Below are positions 60,722-64,000 of a stretch of DNA of 64,000 nucleotides, piece after piece. Origin of the DNA: an uncultured Pelagibacteraceae bacterium (GTDB taxonomy: Bacteria > Pseudomonadota > Alphaproteobacteria > Pelagibacterales > Pelagibacteraceae); assembly GCA_902594335.1 (NCBI GenBank), contig CACJLY010000006.1, positions 35,183-99,182 of the forward strand, read 5' to 3'. The first letter of the stretch is position 1. Every line of letters starts with the position of its first letter. The position numbers were made by a program, and so were the translations under genes. The notes beneath the pieces were generated by a model, which was not told the origin of the DNA, ran no database searches, and saw only the letters and a list, made by a program, of their open reading frames with translations.

Positions 60722-62182
60722 ATGAGAGAATTTGATATCACAATTGTAGGATTAGGACCTGCTGGAGGAACTTTATCAAACCTTTTAGCAATGCATGGTT
60801 TTTCAATTTTAATTCTCGATAGAGAAAAAAGTTTTTATCCACTACCTAGAGCCGTTCATTTTGATGATGAAATAATGAGAGTATTTCAAACAATAGGAAT
60901 TACAAAAGATTTTTTGAAGTATACAATAATTAACAAGGGTACTAAATTTGTAAACTCTAGAGAAAAAGTAATATTGGATTGGCCTAGACCAAAAAAAATT
61001 ACAGATAATGGATGGTATCCAAGTTATAGATTTCATCAGCCTGATTTAGAAAAACAACTAAGAAAAAAATTAAAAAAATATAAAAAAGTTTTTATAGAGC
61101 AAAATTCTGAAGTAAAAAAAATTACAAATTCAAAAAATCATGTTGATATAGTTTACACAAACACAAGAAATCACAAAAAATACTATGTCAGATCAAAATA
61201 TTTGGTTGGTTGTGATGGTGCAAATTCTGTAACCCGAAAGCAAATGAAAACAAAAATGGATAATTTAGGTTTTACTCAGAAATGGGCAGTTGTAGACCTA
61301 ATATTGAAGAAGAAAAAAAATAATTTACCAGATAGAACAATTCAATATTCAAATCCAAAGCAACCTGCAACGTATTGTAGGAATGTTGGTAAACGTAGAA
61401 GATGGGAATTTGCAATTAAGAAAAATCAAAGTGATAAAAAAGTATTATCAGAAAATTATATTTGGAATTTTCTAAAGCCTTGGTTAAATAAAAGTGAGGC
61501 AATTATTGAGAGAAAAACAATTTATCAATTTGAATCAGCAATTGCTCGAAAATGGCGCAAAGGAAGGATTTTTATTGCTGGTGATGCCGCACATTTGATG
61601 CCACCTTTTATGGGACAAGGAATGTGTGCAGGAATTAGAGATGCATCTAACTTAGCATGGAAAATAGCAACATGTTTAAGAGTCAAACACAATGATACTT
61701 TCTTAAACACATATCAAACGGAGAGATCATTAAATGTAAAAGAGTATATCGAAACTACAATGAGGATGGGTGAGTTTGTTAATGCAGTTGAGTCTATACA
61801 AATTACAGACAATATTAGGTCTGATAATAAGGGTATTAAAAGTATGCAATCAATAAGACCTAAAATGGGAAAAGGCTTAGGCAATTTAAAAGATAAAAAT
61901 AGGGGAAAAATATTTCCTCAATTTAAATTAAACAAAAATAGAAGTTTAGATGACAATTTTTCAAAAAAAGGAATTCTAATATTATCCACTGATATTAAAA
62001 CTAAGGTTTCGAAAAATTATACCTTAGTAAATTCAAAAAAATTTAAAAAACTATCAGTCTATTTAAAAAATATAAATACAAAGGCAGTTATAGTAAGACC
62101 TGATAGATTTATTTTAGGATCAGCAAATTCAAATCAAGAAATAAACTTGCTGTTAAAAAAATATTCTGTAATTTTAAGATAA
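60722..62182 (+). CDS. FAD-dependent aromatic hydroxylase (MhpA-like)
   Basis: GLGPAG, PRAVHFDDE, QPDLE, GCDGANS, AGDAAHLMPPFMGQG, VRPDRF. Confidence 0.88.
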   Translation: MREFDITIVGLGPAGGTLSNLLAMHGFSILILDREKSFYPLPRAVHFDDEIMRVFQTIGITKDFLKYTIINKGTKFVNSREKVILDWPRPKKITDNGWYPSYRFHQPDLEKQLRKKLKKYKKVFIEQNSEVKKITNSKNHVDIVYTNTRNHKKYYVRSKYLVGCDGANSVTRKQMKTKMDNLGFTQKWAVVDLILKKKKNNLPDRTIQYSNPKQPATYCRNVGKRRRWEFAIKKNQSDKKVLSENYIWNFLKPWLNKSEAIIERKTIYQFESAIARKWRKGRIFIAGDAAHLMPPFMGQGMCAGIRDASNLAWKIATCLRVKHNDTFLNTYQTERSLNVKEYIETTMRMGEFVNAVESIQITDNIRSDNKGIKSMQSIRPKMGKGLGNLKDKNRGKIFPQFKLNKNRSLDDNFSKKGILILSTDIKTKVSKNYTLVNSKKFKKLSVYLKNINTKAVIVRPDRFILGSANSNQEINLLLKKYSVILR

Positions 62183-62959
62183 ATTAAAAATTTCATTCAC
62201 TGCTTTAATCTTTGAATGATTATTTGGGGCGATCTCACCATTAGGCATAAACAAAGAATTTTCGAATCCAACTCTTATTTTACCCCCTAAGTTTATTGCT
62301 TTTTCTAGACAGGATATTTCTTCTTTCGCAAAAGCACAGATTGCCCAATCTAAATTAATATTATTCTTTCTCATTTTTTTTAGAAACATTGGAATGTTAT
62401 CTGGATAACTTATTTTACCAGAGTAATGTCCAATTACAAAGAGACACCAAGCTCCTTCAACATTAATTTCAGCTTTGTTTAATAAATTAACTAATAAATC
62501 TATGTCATTTGGATCATATAAAAGATGTTGTATTTTAGTCCCAGCCTCTGTTAAATATTTATACAACTTTACATCTTCATCTGTTGGATTTCTTGACGGT
62601 ATCATCTCAGCTATACCAATTGATGTTCCAGGTGGTGTAACATCATAAGCAAGTTTTCTCATATCCTCTGGAGAATATATTCCAACCGCCTCTGTTGTAA
62701 CTTGGATATGCATTTTTGGAACTTTAAATTCTAATTCTTTTAAAGCTTCTTTATACAAACCTGCATCAAGAACGTGTTCTCCTTTTTCATTCCTTACATG
62801 CAAATGTATTGCACCAGCTCCCGCTTTAAAACAATTCTTTGCGACTTCAACAGTTTCCTCTATAGTTAATGGCACTTCGGGATGATCTTTCTTGACTTTT
62901 CTTGCTCCATTTGGAGCTACCATTAATTTAGGTAATTCATTTGGTTGATAAAAAGGCAT
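62174..62959 (-). CDS. Beta-keto acid cleavage enzyme family protein (BKACE/DUF849)
   Basis: VAPNGA, HLHVR zinc motif, RVGFEN. Confidence 0.88.
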   Translation of the reverse strand: MPFYQPNELPKLMVAPNGARKVKKDHPEVPLTIEETVEVAKNCFKAGAGAIHLHVRNEKGEHVLDAGLYKEALKELEFKVPKMHIQVTTEAVGIYSPEDMRKLAYDVTPPGTSIGIAEMIPSRNPTDEDVKLYKYLTEAGTKIQHLLYDPNDIDLLVNLLNKAEINVEGAWCLFVIGHYSGKISYPDNIPMFLKKMRKNNINLDWAICAFAKEEISCLEKAINLGGKIRVGFENSLFMPNGEIAPNNHSKIKAVNEIFNLS

Positions 62960-62962
62960 AAA

Positions 62963-64000
62963 TTATCTTAAAGATGCAGCAATATTCCCACCATCAACTG
63001 TTAGAATAGCTCCAGTGGTTTTTTTGGATATTGAAAGATGAAAAAAAGCTTTGGCTACATCTTCAGCTTTTACCTCATTTAAAAGTAAATTACCTTTCAT
63101 ATAATCATCTGTCGTAACTTCTCTAGCTCTTGCTCTTGATTTTATCATTTTATCATTTAATAACCCACTTCTAATTCTATCTGCATTTACACCATTAGAT
63201 CTTATTCCATAAGACCCATAATCAACGGCATATTGTTTGCATAGATTTAATAATGCCGATTTTGGTAATCCGTAAGGCCCAAAATTTTTACCTGGATTTA
63301 CAGATTGTTTGGAAATATTAAATAATAAACATCCTTCATTATTTTGAAGTTTCATAATTTTGGTAGCTTCAGACGCACAGTATTGATGAGAAAAAAAGTT
63401 ATCTTCAAAACTTTTTCTTAAAATCTTATCACTTACTTCAGCAATTGAACCCCCCGTGGCAGTACCTGCATTTGATATTAAAATATCTATTCCACCAAAT
63501 TGCGATGAAATTACGTTAAATGCTTTTTTAACACTTTCTTTATTTGTCACATCGCAATAAATACAAAGATCCTTTAATTTCTTACTCATTTCATCAACCT
63601 TCGTTTTATTATTATCTATTAAAATTACTTCTGCACCATACTTTTTGAATAATTTATATGTTGCTGTTCCAATTCCACCAAAAGCCCCTGTAATAACAAC
63701 AATACTTCCCTCTAATTCCTTTTTTTCTTTTTTTATTTTTGCTTGTTCAAGAGACCAATATTCAACATCAAAAATATCTTTTTTTGGTATAAATTTATAC
63801 CTTGAGGTTTCTTCAACAGATGAGATTACTCTTGCATTAGTCTCTGTCAAATCTGCAGCAATATTTGCAGATTTAAGACTGTTGCCTACACAAAATATTC
63901 CAATATTTTGGACTATTATTACTCTTGGTGAAGTATCTAGCATTGTTTTCTTTTCTTTAACCTTTTTTTGGTTTTGTTCAAAATATTCTAGATATTTTTT
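62963..64000 (-). CDS. Bifunctional class II aldolase / short-chain dehydrogenase (5'-truncated by window end)
   Basis: Frame is open to base 64000; FDVEYWSLEQAK linker, TGAFGGIG, NAG, YGLPK, VDGGN. Confidence 0.85.
   Translation of the reverse strand, partial: KKYLEYFEQNQKKVKEKKTMLDTSPRVIIVQNIGIFCVGNSLKSANIAADLTETNARVISSVEETSRYKFIPKKDIFDVEYWSLEQAKIKKEKKELEGSIVVITGAFGGIGTATYKLFKKYGAEVILIDNNKTKVDEMSKKLKDLCIYCDVTNKESVKKAFNVISSQFGGIDILISNAGTATGGSIAEVSDKILRKSFEDNFFSHQYCASEATKIMKLQNNEGCLLFNISKQSVNPGKNFGPYGLPKSALLNLCKQYAVDYGSYGIRSNGVNADRIRSGLLNDKMIKSRARAREVTTDDYMKGNLLLNEVKAEDVAKAFFHLSISKKTTGAILTVDGGNIAASLR

Overview
AT-rich, gene-dense alphaproteobacterial DNA with very short or overlapping intergenic spaces. 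The gene content (tauABC-aminotransferase-ald, TPP-riboswitch/thiV, hupA-amtB without glnK, aprMBA, suyAB, xsc, several TRAP systems) strongly suggests a SAR11/Pelagibacter chromosome. This is inferred from gene content, not from a database search. The window holds about 65 CDS, one tRNA-Met(CAT), one TPP-class riboswitch and several terminators. Main themes: (i) organosulfonate use (taurine uptake and transamination, Xsc, SuyAB, TauE-type exporter, oxidative AprMBA with no sat in the window); (ii) housekeeping genes; (iii) accessory blocks: three TRAP transporters, an AT-rich sugar-nucleotide cassette, an mtaP-PhyH-mtnA-sulfatase operon and a compact aromatic ring-cleavage cluster. Best leads: a TPP riboswitch variant that keeps the pyrimidine sensor but lacks the canonical pyrophosphate-sensing nucleotides; an uncalled 27-aa Lys/Arg-rich microprotein with a strong RBS; a possible aryl-sulfate-to-ring-cleavage pathway; a 2OG-Fe dioxygenase embedded in MTA salvage; a HIT hydrolase beside aprMBA as a possible Sat substitute; and two candidate structured RNAs. 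No CRISPR array, integrase or transposase was seen.
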